Positions 32,743 through 49,272 of a DNA stretch of 64,000 nucleotides are shown here, piece by piece. Under the pieces are notes generated by a model. That model made no database searches, was not told the origin of the DNA, and saw only the letters and a program-made list of their open reading frames with translations. The first letter of the stretch is position 1; each line of letters opens with the position of its first letter. The DNA is from Eledone cirrhosa (lineage: Eukaryota). The position numbers were made by a program, and so were the translations under genes. Where the stretch lies: positions 189,410,001 to 189,474,000 of the forward strand of contig OZ024740.1 in the NCBI GenBank assembly GCA_964016885.1. Direction: 5' to 3'.

Positions 32743-34029
32743 TACAGATTTGTTTTATAAATAAATATTGACATACCCGGAAAAAAGACAATCTTAACGG
32801 TTGGAGCTTCCTGGATAGTGGAGATAATATATTATTAAGGGTAATACAAAGTTATGAGGGAGTATGCAAATGAGTGTCTGAAAAGAAAAAGAAAAGGAAG
32901 GAGAAAGAGAGAAGAGGAAAGAAAGAACGATTATACATAGTGATAGTGAAGATAGTCAGAGTGAACGAAGAAATAAATTTTAATGGAAGAATATAGAGCG
33001 TAAATATATCTAAGTGAACGAGAAGTGAAAAAAGAAATAAGATTAACGTGGAAGAATAATATTTAGAATGTATGGTTCCTTACGTTGTGATTATAATATT
33101 TATAATGATAAGTTGAAAAATATAATTAAAAATTAAAAATCAAAATTAAAGATTAAATTTACCTTAATATTACAAATTTAATTTAATATTAATATTAAAA
33201 ATTAAAAATTAAAATTAAAACAGAAGTATTTATATTATATTAGGATGTATTAGTAACAATATAATCGTTTATGTGTGTATGTTATGTATTATAAATTATT
33301 TAAATAAATATATAGTATTTTACATTAGAGAAAATCTAGTATAGTTTATTTGATTAAAGTAAGTTTTGCAAAATTATATTTATTAATAGTTGTAAGTCAA
33401 AACTTAAACATCCAAATAATTCCAAATTTATGAAAATTTACGAGAGTTTACAAAGGAATAACTACTTAATTATATTATAAAAACAGTAAGGCAGTATAAA
33501 GGGAGTTGAAGTGATTTTCTAAGAACTCAAATGGTTCCAAGGATACATAAAAAAACCCTTAAAAAAAACAATTTTTTCATGAGAAGTCATATATGTTATA
33601 AAGTTAAAAAATGTTATCTTAAGAATATAAATAAAACATAAACCATAGGTTATTCCACATATATATAAAAATCATATGTTATTCCACATATATATAAATA
33701 TTTGGATATATATTAAAAATGTTTGAAGATATAAAATATTGGAAGATATGAAAATAATGGTTTTTCCACATCTTTCAAAGGAACTTTCAAAGAATTCTCT
33801 AAAACCTTCAGAAAGTCTTTCAAGGAAAATTTTTCTTAAAAGAATTTCAAGTAGTCATATAAAAAGGTTATAATCAATTGATAAGTGTAATAATATAAAG
33901 TATATTTATGAAGTAGAGATAATAGAAAGTAAATTAAATATATATGAATCATATATAGATATAATCTGAAGGATGAAGTTGTAGGTGGTTGGATATAGAA
34001 AACATTATGTGAAGGAGATTGACCATATA

Positions 34030-36243
34030 TTACATTTTATATATATATCTAAAAGTTGAGTTTAAACGATGTTTACAAGAACTAAATAAATTATTACCCA
34101 AATTAATAAAGTTCTTACATTTTAGTATAAAAAATATTTCTTCAACGCAAAGGGAGCAATTTTTGGATAGAGCTGTGTATGAAGGAGCTTTGGAGATAAT
34201 TTCCCAAGAAAAAGAATAGTTAATACTCTTGAATTTTAAGTTCCATAATAAGTTGCATAGAGAAGTTGAAGATTTTTTACCAATATTCGTAAAGGAACAT
34301 TTATGGTTATTGAAACGAGATTTGCAGTCTGTGGAAGTAGTTAAAGTAATTTTCATTGGTTTTGACATCACAGTTGTATACTATATTTTAAACTAAACAG
34401 TTATTATTGAGAGGACAGTTAGATTTATTTCTACAATTACATTTATCTGAATTTATATTATTGGGAGCCGTAACATTATATTGGATATTGCTGGAGGTAT
34501 TAATGTCATTCTGGTTAGGTTTTAAGTTTCTATTATTAATTCTATTAATATTCTGCGCTAAATTCATAGTGGTGGAATATGAGAGTTTAATAGTATGTCT
34601 ATTAAAGATTGAGTAATATCTGTGTGTCTTAGGAAAACACTTATCTAGAGCTTTAAAAAATAGTTTAGCAATTGGAGTTTTAATACTTAACGAGAAAGGG
34701 AGAGCGAACTATAATATATTTCTAGTTCTATTTCTTCTTTTGATTTTCTAGTTAGTGCAACGTTTCCTATTATAATAATATTTATAGTTATGGTTAATTG
34801 GCACAGCCTTATTATCAATGTATTTAATTTCATTACTATAGCCTGCTCTACTTAACGCTTCGTTATAATATTGTGCCTTATCTTCAAATATATTTTTATT
34901 CGCTGAAATTCTAGAAATACGTTGCTGCACAGAATTTACAATAGTGTTTTTAACGGATCTGGGGTGATTGGAGTTAAAGTTAACATAGTTTAAATTCTCA
35001 TTGATTTTATGAAGTGGATAATAAAGACCAGTATTAAGGTTTAAAGTTACATCTAAAAAATTAACTATTTTATAACTATTCTCTACTTCTACTTTAAGAT
35101 TAACGCTATTAAAAAATTGTATAATTTCTTTTCTTTTCCTATTTATATCACAATTATTATTATTTTCATTAAGCAGTAGCATATCGTCACGATATAAACA
35201 AACGGTTATCTCTAGTATTTTCCTATGTAAAGTATTGTTAATAAAAAAGCCCCACAAGATCCGTTAATTGCGCCGAGTCCGATGATCCCATAGTGATATC
35301 GAAATTGTTATCCCTATCTGCACTAGTCGAAAGGTGGTTGCTAATTTTAATTAATGTTTTACGTGCAGTTAAGATGATGTGCAATTCATTGCTAGATAAA
35401 TCAGTATATTTAAATGCATATGTGAGGGATTTATTAAGTAAATTAGGAGTTATATATGAGTAATAATTAGCAATATCCAATTGAATGAATTTATTGTTAT
35501 GCTTATATTTAATGTCCTTAAACCAGTCAATAACTTCACTAAGCCCATTCCATAATTTTAAATAAGATATTTCCTTAAGTTGTGATATGATTCTATCTAA
35601 AATATTCTTGCTAAATATGCCAAGGTCCGATTTAGATGGTGCAATCAGTCTAACTGGTAATTCAATTTCAAAATTTTTTATGATCCTTCAAATTAATTTT
35701 TGGTTTCCTAGGTATGAAGGTTGAGTCCTATTTTCGATGCCTAATTCCTGCATTATATAAGAAGCTTCAGTATTTAGTCGATCAAGGTCATCATTGGTTG
35801 CTCTTTTGTGATTTTTCCTTAATTCCTTCAATATAAGATTATTGTAATCATCCTTTTGCATTCCGTAAAGATTGTTGGTTTTATCTGATTTAACAAGAAT
35901 TTTTTCCGTTTTTTCAAAATTTTCTATATTATTTTTGTGACATTTGAGGTAATCCTGGCCTACAAAGTGGTTTTTCTTAAATTTAATGTTTTGTATGATA
36001 GAAATAATCTCATTTTCAAATTCCATTAATAGTTTGTTGGAAGGTGGATTCTTTTTGATTTGAAGATTCTATCAAGATTGGAAATATTTTCTTACGCATC
36101 AGATTTTTTATATTGAAATGAAAAGCACGCCATCTAAGTCTTCTTATAAACGAGTCCGATTTTTCGATAATTTGTTTTAGAAAGTCCTTATTCTTAGGTA
36201 AAGGTATGTCTTTTAGAGAAGAAGAGATCCTAAAGAATTCCAT
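34030..36243 (-). pseudogene. PLE RT + GIY-YIG ORF, multiply frameshifted
   Basis: SLKDIPLP, FIRRLRWRAFHF, VKSDKTNNLY, DIANYYSYIT, FDITMGSSDSAQLTDLVG, LYRDD, VNFLDVTLNL, SNHP, CNCRNKSNCPLNNNC, KSRFNNH, CSLCVEE, SCKHR. Confidence 0.93.
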
Positions 36244-36402
36244 TTAAAGCGCTCAACAATAAAGGAGATAAATATATGCAGAGGTTATATATAATGTGTT
36301 GGGATTCAACAAGCTTAAACATTTTTTTATAACTCAACAAGTTAGTGGAGTAAATACACAATGTATTAATAAATGGAAACTATATTTATAAAACCATATT
36401 TA

Positions 36403-36464
36403 TCTTATTATATATATTTCAAGGGCAACAAAGCCAAATTATGGTGCGCTTTCATCAGCTAAAA
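36403..36464 (-). ncRNA. Type I minimal hammerhead ribozyme (5' direct pLTR of family C)
   Basis: Minus strand TTTTAG-CTGATGA-AAGCG...CCCTT-GAAA-TATATATA^ATAAGA; stem I partly mismatched. Confidence 0.75.
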
Positions 36465-37642
36465 TACAGATTTGTTTTATAAATAAATATTGATATACCC
36501 GGAAAAAGACAACCTTAACGGTTGCAGCTTCCTGGAGAGTGGAGATAATATTTTATTGAGGGTAATACAAAGTTACGAGTGGGTATGCAAATGAGTGTCC
36601 GAAAAGTTCAAAAGTTAACGGTTTATTTAAATTAAACTGTTGGAAGGGGATATGTAACGGAGAGAGAAAACAAAAACTAACATTTCTGACTTCTCATAAA
36701 AAATTATTGAAAAAAAATAAAAATAATTTTTTTATTTTTTTAAGGAAAATGTTTTTGAAGGGTTTTTTATGTATCCTTGGAGTCATTTGAGTTGTTAAAA
36801 ATCACTTCTAACTTCCTTTATACTTCCTTACTGTTTTTATAATATAATTAAGTAGTTATTCCTTTGTAAACTCTCGTAAATTTTCATAAATTTGGAATTA
36901 TTTGGATATTTAAGTTTAGACTTACAACTATTAATAAATATAATTTTGCCAAACTTACTATAATCAAATAAATTATACTAGATTTTCTGTAATGTAAAAT
37001 ACTATATATTTATTTAAATAATTTATAATCCATAACATACACATCTAAACGAATATATTATTACTAATACATCCTAATATAATATAAATACTTCTGATTT
37101 AATGTTAATTTTTAATTTTCAATATCAATATTAAATAACATTTTTAATATTAAGGTAAATTTAATCTTTAATTTTGATTTTTAATTTTTAATTTTATTTT
37201 TCAACTTATCATTATAAATATTATAATCACAACGTAATGAACCATACATTCTAAATATTATTCTACCACCTTAATCTTATTTCTTCTTTCACTTCTTCTT
37301 TCGCTTAGATATATTTACACTCCATATTCTTCCATTAAAATTTATTTCTTCGTTAACTCTGAATATCTTCACTATCACTATGTATAATCGTTCTTTCTTT
37401 CCTCTTCTCTATTTCTCCTTCCTTTTCTTTTTCTTTTCTTTCTCCCTTACATATCCTCTTCTTCCAACAGTTTAATTTAAATAAACCGTTATCTTTTCAA
37501 CTTTTGCGAGACTCATTTGCATACTCACACATAATTTTGTATTACCCTCAAGAAAATATTATCTCCACTCTCCAGGAAGCTGGAACCGTTAAGGTTGTCT
37601 TTTTTCCGGGTATGTCAATATTTATTCATAAAACAAATGTGT

Positions 37643-37704
37643 ATTTATCTGATGAAAACGCACCATAATTTACCTTGTTTGCCCTTGAAATATATATAAT
37701 AAAA
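37643..37704 (+). ncRNA. Type I minimal hammerhead ribozyme (inverted pLTR of family C)
   Basis: TTTAT-CTGATGA-AAACGCA...TGCCCTT-GAAA-TATATATA^ATAAAA. Confidence 0.8.
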
Positions 37705-37744
37705 TAAATACGGTTTTATAAGTATAGCTTCATTTTATTTATAT

Positions 37745-38353
<609 letters not shown>

Positions 38354-38459
38354 AGGTATTGAAGTTTCCGTTGGAATTGAAAAAGTCATAGGAGTGAAGA
38401 GTGCTCTATGCAAGTACCAGAGCAAAATTTAATGTATAATAAACAATACAATATAATTA

Positions 38460-38529
38460 TCTCATTACCAGAGGTTTCCCGAATAAGCCGAATACGAAAG
38501 AAACGTCCTCATTCGTTCGTCGGACAAGG
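38460..38529 (-). ncRNA. Hammerhead ribozyme with variant core CCGACGA
   Basis: Minus strand CCTTGT-CCGACGA-ACGAATGAG...CTTATTCGG-GAAA-CCTCTGG-TA^ATGAGA; sense strand of the element. Confidence 0.7.
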
Positions 38530-39186
38530 CAATATTAAACATAGTGAAACATTTTTGGCAAGTCCACTCAAGAAATGCAAAAAAAAAAAAAATATAAATA
38601 AAGATAATGCAATAGACATATAAAATATATAAACAAATATAAGGAAATATAGTTAGGTGTGTGTATATTTATGTATATACACTCACAAATGTACATATGT
38701 ATGTACAAATGCGTGTGTATGGCGAAAATGTGTGCGTAAGTACATATAAGAGGGCAAGTATATTTGTGTATTTGTAACCACAAATACGAATATAATCGAG
38801 TTGACACGAATCCAGACGATGGTATTAGATACTTATATGCGGAAGATAAAGGGGGAAGGGAGTGTAATAGTTAAAAGAAAGTGTCATTCTCGATATATGT
38901 ATAAAAATTAAACAATATGTGAGAAAGAAAAAAATATTTAAATGAAAGAGAAAGTAGTCAATTAACACTAGAGAAAAGAAAAGAAAAGAAAAGAAAAGAA
39001 AAGAAAAGAAGATACACGCGTACATACACATATATCTATAACAAACATATATCTATAAGAAAATATATATATACACGCAATACGTACAGACAAAATCGTA
39101 TGCATGCGTACATACTTACACAGGATGCACGTATACATATACATACATATCGTCCCATGTATATCTAATCACACGTACGTACGTGA

Positions 39187-39226
<40 letters not shown>

Positions 39227-39820
39227 CCACACATACACATCAATACATATATTACATATATACACACATACACACAACCATATTCACGGACATTGACCCG
39301 CTTACACGCACACGCATAAAAATAAGAATGTAAAAAACATAGATATAAAAACACAGATATAAAAACACACATACATACACATATATATATACACGCACGC
39401 ACACGCGCATACGGAGGCGTTGGTGTACATATACAGAACGTATACACACATAAAGACGCTCAAAAGCAGCCTTATGAATAAATGAGTACAAATATAAAAA
39501 TATAAAAATGGCTGCGAAATAACAGAAAATATATGGAGTGGAAAACGCAAGTGACTAGTGTAATCAGGTAGTAAAGAAAATAGGGAAGTAAAAAGTGGAA
39601 AGTGAAGATATTAGGTAAGTGAATCGAAGGATAAAGGGGGGGGGGTTACTGGTGGATGTGAAGTAAAAATTAAAATAAAAATGAAAATTAAAAATAAAAA
39701 TAAAAATAAAAATAAAAATAAATATAAATATAAAAATAAAAATTAATAATAAGGTTATAAATGAAACTAAATCAGATAGAGTAGTCTTTAAAGAGAATCA
39801 TTTAAGTGAAGAATAAGAGC

Positions 39821-40466
39821 TTATGGTGGATAAGTATCTGAAAGTGTGTTAAGTTTATATGAGCTGGAAAGCAAGTGTGATTTCATGTGTGGGCAACTGG
39901 TAAACATTTTTGTCTTTGTATTTAGGCAGGTTTTTGGTGATTTAAGGTTTTGTAAAATCCAATATTTTTCATTTATGCAGAGTGTGCATTTTTTTGTTCC
40001 TCTTGCATATTCTTTAGATTGGATCAAAATTGACCAATCCAATTTATATTGGATACCTTGCTCTTTCAAATCCCATATTCTGCTAGCCAGAGCTGTTGTG
40101 AATCTTTTTTCTGGATGTCGAAAGGATGCGACATGTGAGTAATAACGCGTTTTGAACTTGTCTTGTGTCATACCCAGATATCGTTCACTGGTGGCTGGTT
40201 GGTTGTTGCTGATGGTTGTCACTTTAATCGCATATACAATGGGTTTGGTGTTGCATTTACCTTGTAATGGGCATTCACTTTTGACTCTACAGGAGCAATT
40301 TTGATGTTCTCTAGGTGATTTATGTTGATGATATAAGATTTAATAGGGTGACCCCAGGAGTAGCTAATTTTGACACAGTTTCTATTAAAGATCTTATAGT
40401 ATCTATGTGTTCTAGGGAAATGTTTATCTAAGAGCTCTAGGAATGTTTTGCCTACATTAGTTTTAA
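39821..40466 (-). pseudogene. PLE C-terminal region with GIY-YIG endonuclease
   Basis: [77 protein letters not shown], SCPH. Confidence 0.92.
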
Positions 40467-40979
40467 CTCTTTAAAGACTACTCTATCTGATTTAGTTTCA
40501 TTTTTAACCTTATTATTAATTTTTATTTTTATTTTTATTTTTACTTCACATCCACCAGTACCCCCCCCCTTTTTATCCTTAGATTCACTTACCTAATATC
40601 TTCACTTTTCACTTTTTACTTCCCTATTTTCTTTACTACCTGATTACACTAGTCACTTGCGTTTTCCACTCCATATATTTTCTGTTATTTCGCAGCCATT
40701 TTTATATTTTTATATTTGTACTCATTTATTTATAAGGCTGCTTTTGAGCGTCTTTATGTGTGTATACGTTCTGTATATGTACACTAACGCCTCCGTATGC
40801 GCGTGTGCGTGCGTGTATATATATGTGTATGTATGTGTGTTTTTATATCTGTGTTTTTATATCTATGTTTTTTTACATTCTTATTTTTATGTGCGTGCGT
40901 GTAAGCGGGTCAATGTCCGTGAATATGTTTGTGTGTATGTGTGTATATATGTATTTTATGTATGAATGTGTATGTGTGC

Positions 40980-41039
<60 letters not shown>

Positions 41040-41697
41040 ATGCAGTCGCGTACGTACGTGTGATTAGATATACATGGGACGATATGTATGTATATGTATA
41101 CGTGCATCCTGTGTAAGTATGTACGCATGCATGCGCTTTTGTCTGTACGTATTGCGTGTATATATATATTTTCTTATAGATATATGTTTTTTATAGATAT
41201 ATGTGTATGTACGCGTGTATCTTCTTTTCTTTTCTTTTCTTTTCTTTTCTCTAGTGTTAATTGACTACTTTCTCTTTCATTTAAATATTTTTTTCTTTCT
41301 CACATATTGTTTAATTTCTATACATATATCGAGAATGACACTTTCTTTTAACTATTACACCCCCTTCCCCCTTTATCTTCCGCATATAAGTATCTAATAC
41401 CTGCGTCTGGATTCGTGTCAACTAGATTATATCCGTATTTGTGGTTACATATACACAAATATACTTGCCCTCATATATGTACTTACGCACACATTTTCGC
41501 GATACACACGCATTTGTACATACATACATATGTACATTTGTGAGTGTATATACATACATATACACACACCTAACTATATTTCCTTATATTTTTTTATATA
41601 CTTTATATGTCTATTGCATTACCTTAATTTATATATATATATTTTTTCGCATTTCTTGAGGAGACTTTCCAAAAGCTTTTCACTCTGTTTTATATTG

Positions 41698-41767
41698 CCT
41701 TGTCCGACGAACGAATGAGGACGTTTCTTTCGTATTCGTCTTATTCGGGAAACCTCTGGTAATGAGG
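41698..41767 (+). ncRNA. Hammerhead ribozyme with variant core CCGACGA (inverted arm)
   Basis: CCTTGT-CCGACGA-ACGAATGAGGACG...CGTCTTATTCGG-GAAA-CCTCTGG-TA^ATGAGG; 6-bp stem I including two G-U pairs. Confidence 0.72.
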
Positions 41768-41795
41768 TAATTATATTGTATTGTTTATTATACAT

Positions 41796-41833
<38 letters not shown>

Positions 41834-41847
41834 TATATATATATATA

Positions 41848-41956
<109 letters not shown>

Positions 41957-41981
41957 GTATATATATGTATATATATGTATA

Positions 41982-42040
<59 letters not shown>

Positions 42041-42063
42041 GTATAAATATATATATGTATATA

Positions 42064-42178
<115 letters not shown>

Positions 42179-42179
42179 G

Positions 42180-42211
<32 letters not shown>

Positions 42212-42230
42212 AATATATGTATATATATAT

Positions 42231-42455
42231 ATTAGAAATTAGAAAGTATAAGCTTTCACCGTATTTTAGACTAAAGAAATTTCTAGCCTGATAGTGGGGT
42301 TTATAACCCTCCGAGAAATGGAAAAAGATGACTGTTGCCGTACATGGGCAATACTCATCTTTTCCCATTTCTCCGAGGGTTATACACCCCACTATCAGGC
42401 TAGAAATTTCTTTAGTCTAAAATACGGTGAAAGCTTATAATTTCTAATTTCTAAT
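42231..42455. repeat. Fold-back inverted repeat (~108-bp arms) inside (TA)n
   Basis: attagaaattagaaagtataagctttcaccg...ttgcc / ggcaa...cggtgaaagcttataatttctaatttctaat; a further partial copy at 42546-42570. Confidence 0.92.
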
Positions 42456-42495
42456 ATATATATATACATATATTTATATATATATATATATATAC

Positions 42496-42545
<50 letters not shown>

Positions 42546-42627
42546 GAAAGCTTATAATTTCTAATTACTAATTTCAAACTCGCGCACCGTTTAGAAAACA
42601 TACTTACATGTTTATGTTTATAATTTG

Positions 42628-42727
<100 letters not shown>

Positions 42728-42820
42728 TTAGGTAAGCAAAACAAGACCACAAATTTCAAAAGAAAGACATTATTAAAAGATTGTCAATATTATGTAAGGA
42801 ATGTAGAGAATAATAATAAT

Positions 42821-42928
42821 TGTTTCTACTTTAGGCACAAGGCCAGCGATTACCCAGTGCAGTACTGGTACTTTATTTTATCGACCCCGTAAGGATGAAA
42901 GGCAAAGTCAACTTCGGCGGTATTTGAA
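42821..42928 (-). mobile_element. SINE family 2 fragment
   Basis: tgtttctactttaggcacaaggccagc...tactggtacttta..tcgacccc matches 63537-63640, 20242-20309 and 52760-52890. Confidence 0.75.
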
Positions 42929-43064
42929 CATTAATAATAATAATGTCCGTTTACAATTGATTCGCTTTTACGCTTTGGCTTCCAACTAATTCACCAATCT
43001 CTCCCTTCCTATCTCCGCTTCTATCTCCACCTCTCTCTCTTTAAGATGTGTTACTCTTGAACTG

Positions 43065-43615
<551 letters not shown>

Positions 43616-43733
43616 TTTGTCGTAAATACTTAGATAAAATCCTTCTCTTAATGCTTACCTGTGTTTTTTCTTTTATACTTTATACTCCAAGGTTGAACGG
43701 GATTCTTACAAACTTTTGGAGTTACCCCTAACC

Positions 43734-43816
43734 GTAAGTTGAAACCATCCATGAAACTGGCTTTCTTAACCAAGAACTGGATCACAATAAGCCAATTTTT
43801 TCTTCTCTAACTACAG
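43734..43816 (+). other. Putative 83-nt spliceosomal intron in the PLE 5' leader
   Basis: GTAAGT donor at 43734, pyrimidine tract and CTAACTACAG acceptor ending at 43816, ATG at 43860; PLEs are known to retain a short 5' intron. Confidence 0.6.
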
Positions 43817-43859
43817 GCTCCTTATCGGTCTAGCAACCACCTAAACATACGGTACTACT

Positions 43860-46212
43860 ATGGAAAAGCATTACATAGGTATGTCCCTAAAGAACATTCC
43901 TATACCTCGGAGAAAGGATTATACCCTCGGGATGACAGAGCGAACAAACGACTTTATACCCAGAGTTAGATGGAAAACTTTCCATTTCGACAAAGGACGT
44001 AATGGTAGCACCGTGGAATATAACAAGGAAACATACGGCTTCAAATTGTGTAAGAACCCACCTACCAACCCTCAACTGGATGCATTTGAACAGAACTTAC
44101 TGAAGATGATTATGAATATCAAATTCAAATAGCGGAGGAATAATAAACTCCAGAATGACATACATATATTCCAAAAAAACCTGCGAACCACAATGGAATT
44201 ATTGTCAAAGCGGAAAAAACATCAAATGTGTATACGATGGATGTTAATACATACAATAGCTTCATACGGAAGGAATTACATAGGAAATACAAAAAAAACT
44301 AATGAGGCGGCACTGATAAACATCAACAACAAGGCACACAATATAGTCAAACACCTAGGAATAGACGACAGAACGGAGCCACTTAGGCCATGTGCCCCCA
44401 CATTTAACCTCAAGGACCACAAGGTAAATTTTGATTATAACCCCACAATTAGAATTATATGCCCGTCCAAATCGGACATCGGGAAAATTAGTGAACATAT
44501 ATTAGACAGAGTGATAGCACAAATGAAGAATAAACTAGTGATTAAACTATGGGGTAACCCTACCGAAACAATTAAGTGGTTTAACAATATAGCTAACAAA
44601 GAAGTATCTAAATTTATTCAATTTCACATTAACGATTATTACGAATCTATATCCCCCAATAGCTTGGATAAAGCCTTAGCATTCGCCAAAGCCAATTCTG
44701 ATATAACAGACGACGAGATAAAATCATATTAGCTGCTAGGAAAACAATAATTAAATTTGAAAACGCCTATTGGGAACGTAAGGATAGATTAAATAATTTT
44801 GACATCACGATGCGGGCTAACGACTCGGCTCAAGTCAAAGATTTAGTAGGTATTTACATAGCCCATAGTTTACAAGATGAGTTTAGCGACCTTTACGGTG
44901 GAATCTAAAGAGACGACGCCCTTCTCCTAGTTAAGAACCTAAATAACCAGAGCATAGAAAGTCCGTAAGAATATTAGAAAGACTCTCGGGAATCTAGGCC
45001 TTAGCATGACGTATGAGTATAGCACTAAAACAGTTAACTTTCTAGACGCGACGCTTAACCTAAATACGGGACTTATAAGACCTTTTCATAAGATTAATGA
45101 AAACTTAGCATACATCAACTGTAACTCAAACCACCCACTATCCATAATTAAATCCATTTCACGCAGCATATCCCATAGGATCTCCCGCCTCTCGTCTAAC
45201 CGACAAATCTTCGAAGAACATGCAGAATACTACAATACCGCATTAGACAAGGCAGGCCAGTTAGATAGAGTAGAATATATAGATGAAAGAATCCGTGAAG
45301 CGCACACGAACACGCATAACACAAACTCCGGTAACACACGCACACACACTTACGCATAGAACTACAAAGTATACGGCAAATAGAAATACAACATCGAAAT
45401 CAAACAAGTCACGCAGTAGAAAATATATTTGGTATAACCCCATATTTAACACCTCTATTAGTACTAACCTACCCTCTACCGTCTTTAGAATAATAAATAA
45501 GCACTTTACAGATTCACATATATACAGCAAAATCCTTAACACTAAATCTATTAGACTATCTTACTCCACGGCACCAGATATAGATGCACACATTAAGATG
45601 CTTAACGCTAAAAAGATACATAAAAACACCAAAACACAAATTTACAACAATAATAATACAATCACCACCGAACACAACAGAACATCTAATACACAACCAC
45701 CCGCTAATAGGCAAACAAAACGTAACACACTTGTACAGGCATCGCAGCCCACCAATAATGCCAAAGTTGCCCATGACAAGAATTGTAACTGCCACCTACC
45801 TGAAACCTGTCCATTACATAATGAATGTATGCAGTAAAACCTGGTTTACCAATTCACAGTGGAATCAGACAACCAGAAATGGTATTACATCGGAGCGACT
45901 GGGAATACATTTAAAGCCCGTTGGTATACACACCGTTACGCAATGAAACATTCCCAGCATCGCTATGTAACTACCCTTGCAAACAAGACCTGGCAACTGA
46001 GCGAAAGTAACCATCAATACACCCTGAAGTGGAAACAATTATCGAACGCGCCCCCATATCGGAGTGGTATGAGAAGCTGTCGATTATGCGACCTTGAGCT
46101 GTTCCACATCTTGAGTTCAAAGAATAAGTTACTCAACAATAACATCGAAAGATCAATTTATTGTAACCATAGACTCAAAGAGAAGTATTCGCACTACAAA
46201 TCGAACCCTTAA
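43860..46212 (+). pseudogene. PLE RT + GIY-YIG ORF with several stops and frameshifts
   Basis: MSLKNIPIP, RVRWKTFHF, LKDHKVNF, IRIICPSKSDIGKIS, FIQFHINDYYESI, GI*RDD, VNFLDATLNL, CNCHLPETCPLHNEC, YYIGATGNTFKARWYTH, CRLCDLE, CNHRLK. Confidence 0.95.
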
Positions 46213-46443
46213 CCTCTTACTACCAACTGACAAACTGCATATACTTAGACTTTATACCCTCTTGTTGTATCTAAACCCTTTTAATTACCCACAAAACCAA
46301 TACATATATCCCCCTCTTCTCAGCCATTCCTCTTTTATTTCTACGTTTTCTTCCTTCCTTCCCTCCCCTTCATGGCTATCTTTTCTTTTCTTCTTTCTCA
46401 CCCCCTTCTCTGCTTTTATTTTTGTCATTATTATCTTTATCTT

Positions 46444-46479
<36 letters not shown>

Positions 46480-46939
46480 CTCTTTATATCTCCCCACCCC
46501 CTCTCTCTTCCTCTCTATCCACCCCTCCCACTATGATCAATTTAATTCTCTTTAACTCACTACATTCCACGACATGAAGTCTGCGATCAAAACTGACCAA
46601 GGAATCCTTCCACCTCTACCTCTCCCTCCATCTACTCTACTTCCTACCTCTTCCCACTTTCTCTCTCTATATACTATTCCGTTTGTCCCCTCACCTTCTG
46701 ATTCCTCTCTCTATATATAGTAAATACAATTCCAAATAAATGTTCTTATCTATATATTAAGAATTATTTCAAGAGTAACGTACTCACAATTTTGAAAATT
46801 TGTACTGTGAACAACAATTATAATTGAGTGGCTGCTATTTGCAGTATAGCAATATAAGGTTGCACTTACCAATGAAACGGTGGTAAATACCTGGATAAAA
46901 TCCTTCTCTTAATGCTTACCTGTGTTTTCTCTTTTATAG

Positions 46940-46992
<53 letters not shown>

Positions 46993-46999
46993 TTTTTAG

Positions 47000-47216
47000 G
47001 AACGATCGACTTTCGTCAAATCGGACCGACGAAACAGTGTTTCCGTTGGTCTTTCCAATTGCTAATACTATCTATCGGTCGCAACTCCAGGTAGAAGGAG
47101 CAACGTGAAATAAAGTGTCTTGCTCAAGAACATAACGCATCGCCCGGTCCAGGAATTGAACTCACGACCTTACGATTCCGAATCCAATTCTCTAACCACT
47201 CAGCCACACGCCTTCA
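47000..47216 (-). mobile_element. tRNA-derived SINE (family 1)
   Basis: Full copy homologous to 6669-6885, with A box TGGCTGAGTGG and B box GAGTTCAATTCC on the minus strand. Confidence 0.87.
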
Positions 47217-47219
47217 CTA

Positions 47220-49065
<1,846 letters not shown>

Positions 49066-49223
49066 TTCCTTACCGCATTTCCTTTGTAAAAAAAGGACCC
49101 ACACCGCCCCCTCCCGCACCAAGATTAGACTTATCGTCCCCTACTTTTGCTCTTTACTCTCTTTACTCTTTGTACTTGAATGTTTAGTTGGTAGAGTCCA
49201 TAACACCAATCAAACCCCTTTTA

Positions 49224-49272
49224 TAGCTCTGACGAATCTTACGGTTACGTAAGGAAGAAACATTGTAAGCCA
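49224..49272 (+). ncRNA. Type I minimal hammerhead ribozyme
   Basis: TAGCT-CTGACGA-ATCTTACG-GTTA-CGTAAGGAA-GAAA-C-ATT-GTA^AGCCA. Confidence 0.85.

Larger units (their letters stand above)
32641..37742 (-). mobile_element. Near full-length Naiad-type PLE (family C): 3' pLTR 32646-33590, direct 5' pLTR 36364-36603, inverted pLTR 36686-37740
   Basis: Decayed ORF on minus strand flanked by direct and inverted copies of the HHR-bearing terminus, the classical Penelope arrangement. Confidence 0.93.
38431..41797 (-). mobile_element. 5'-truncated Naiad-type PLE (family D) with ~1.35-kb inverted arms (38431-39795 / 40467-41797)
   Basis: Arms are reverse complements; the ~670-bp spacer holds the RT-thumb/GIY-YIG remnant on the minus strand. 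Confidence 0.93.
43620..46938 (+). mobile_element. Near full-length Naiad-type PLE (family A) with short direct terminal repeats (43622-43678 / 46882-46938)
   Basis: Complete but decayed ORF, pyrimidine-rich 3' UTR, ~57-bp terminal direct repeat, (TA)n on both sides. Confidence 0.95.

Noticed and set aside
43860-46212. Active autonomous retroelement
   Set aside because: Several stops and frameshifts, including TAA at the Y of YRDD; no PLE copy in the window has an intact ORF.
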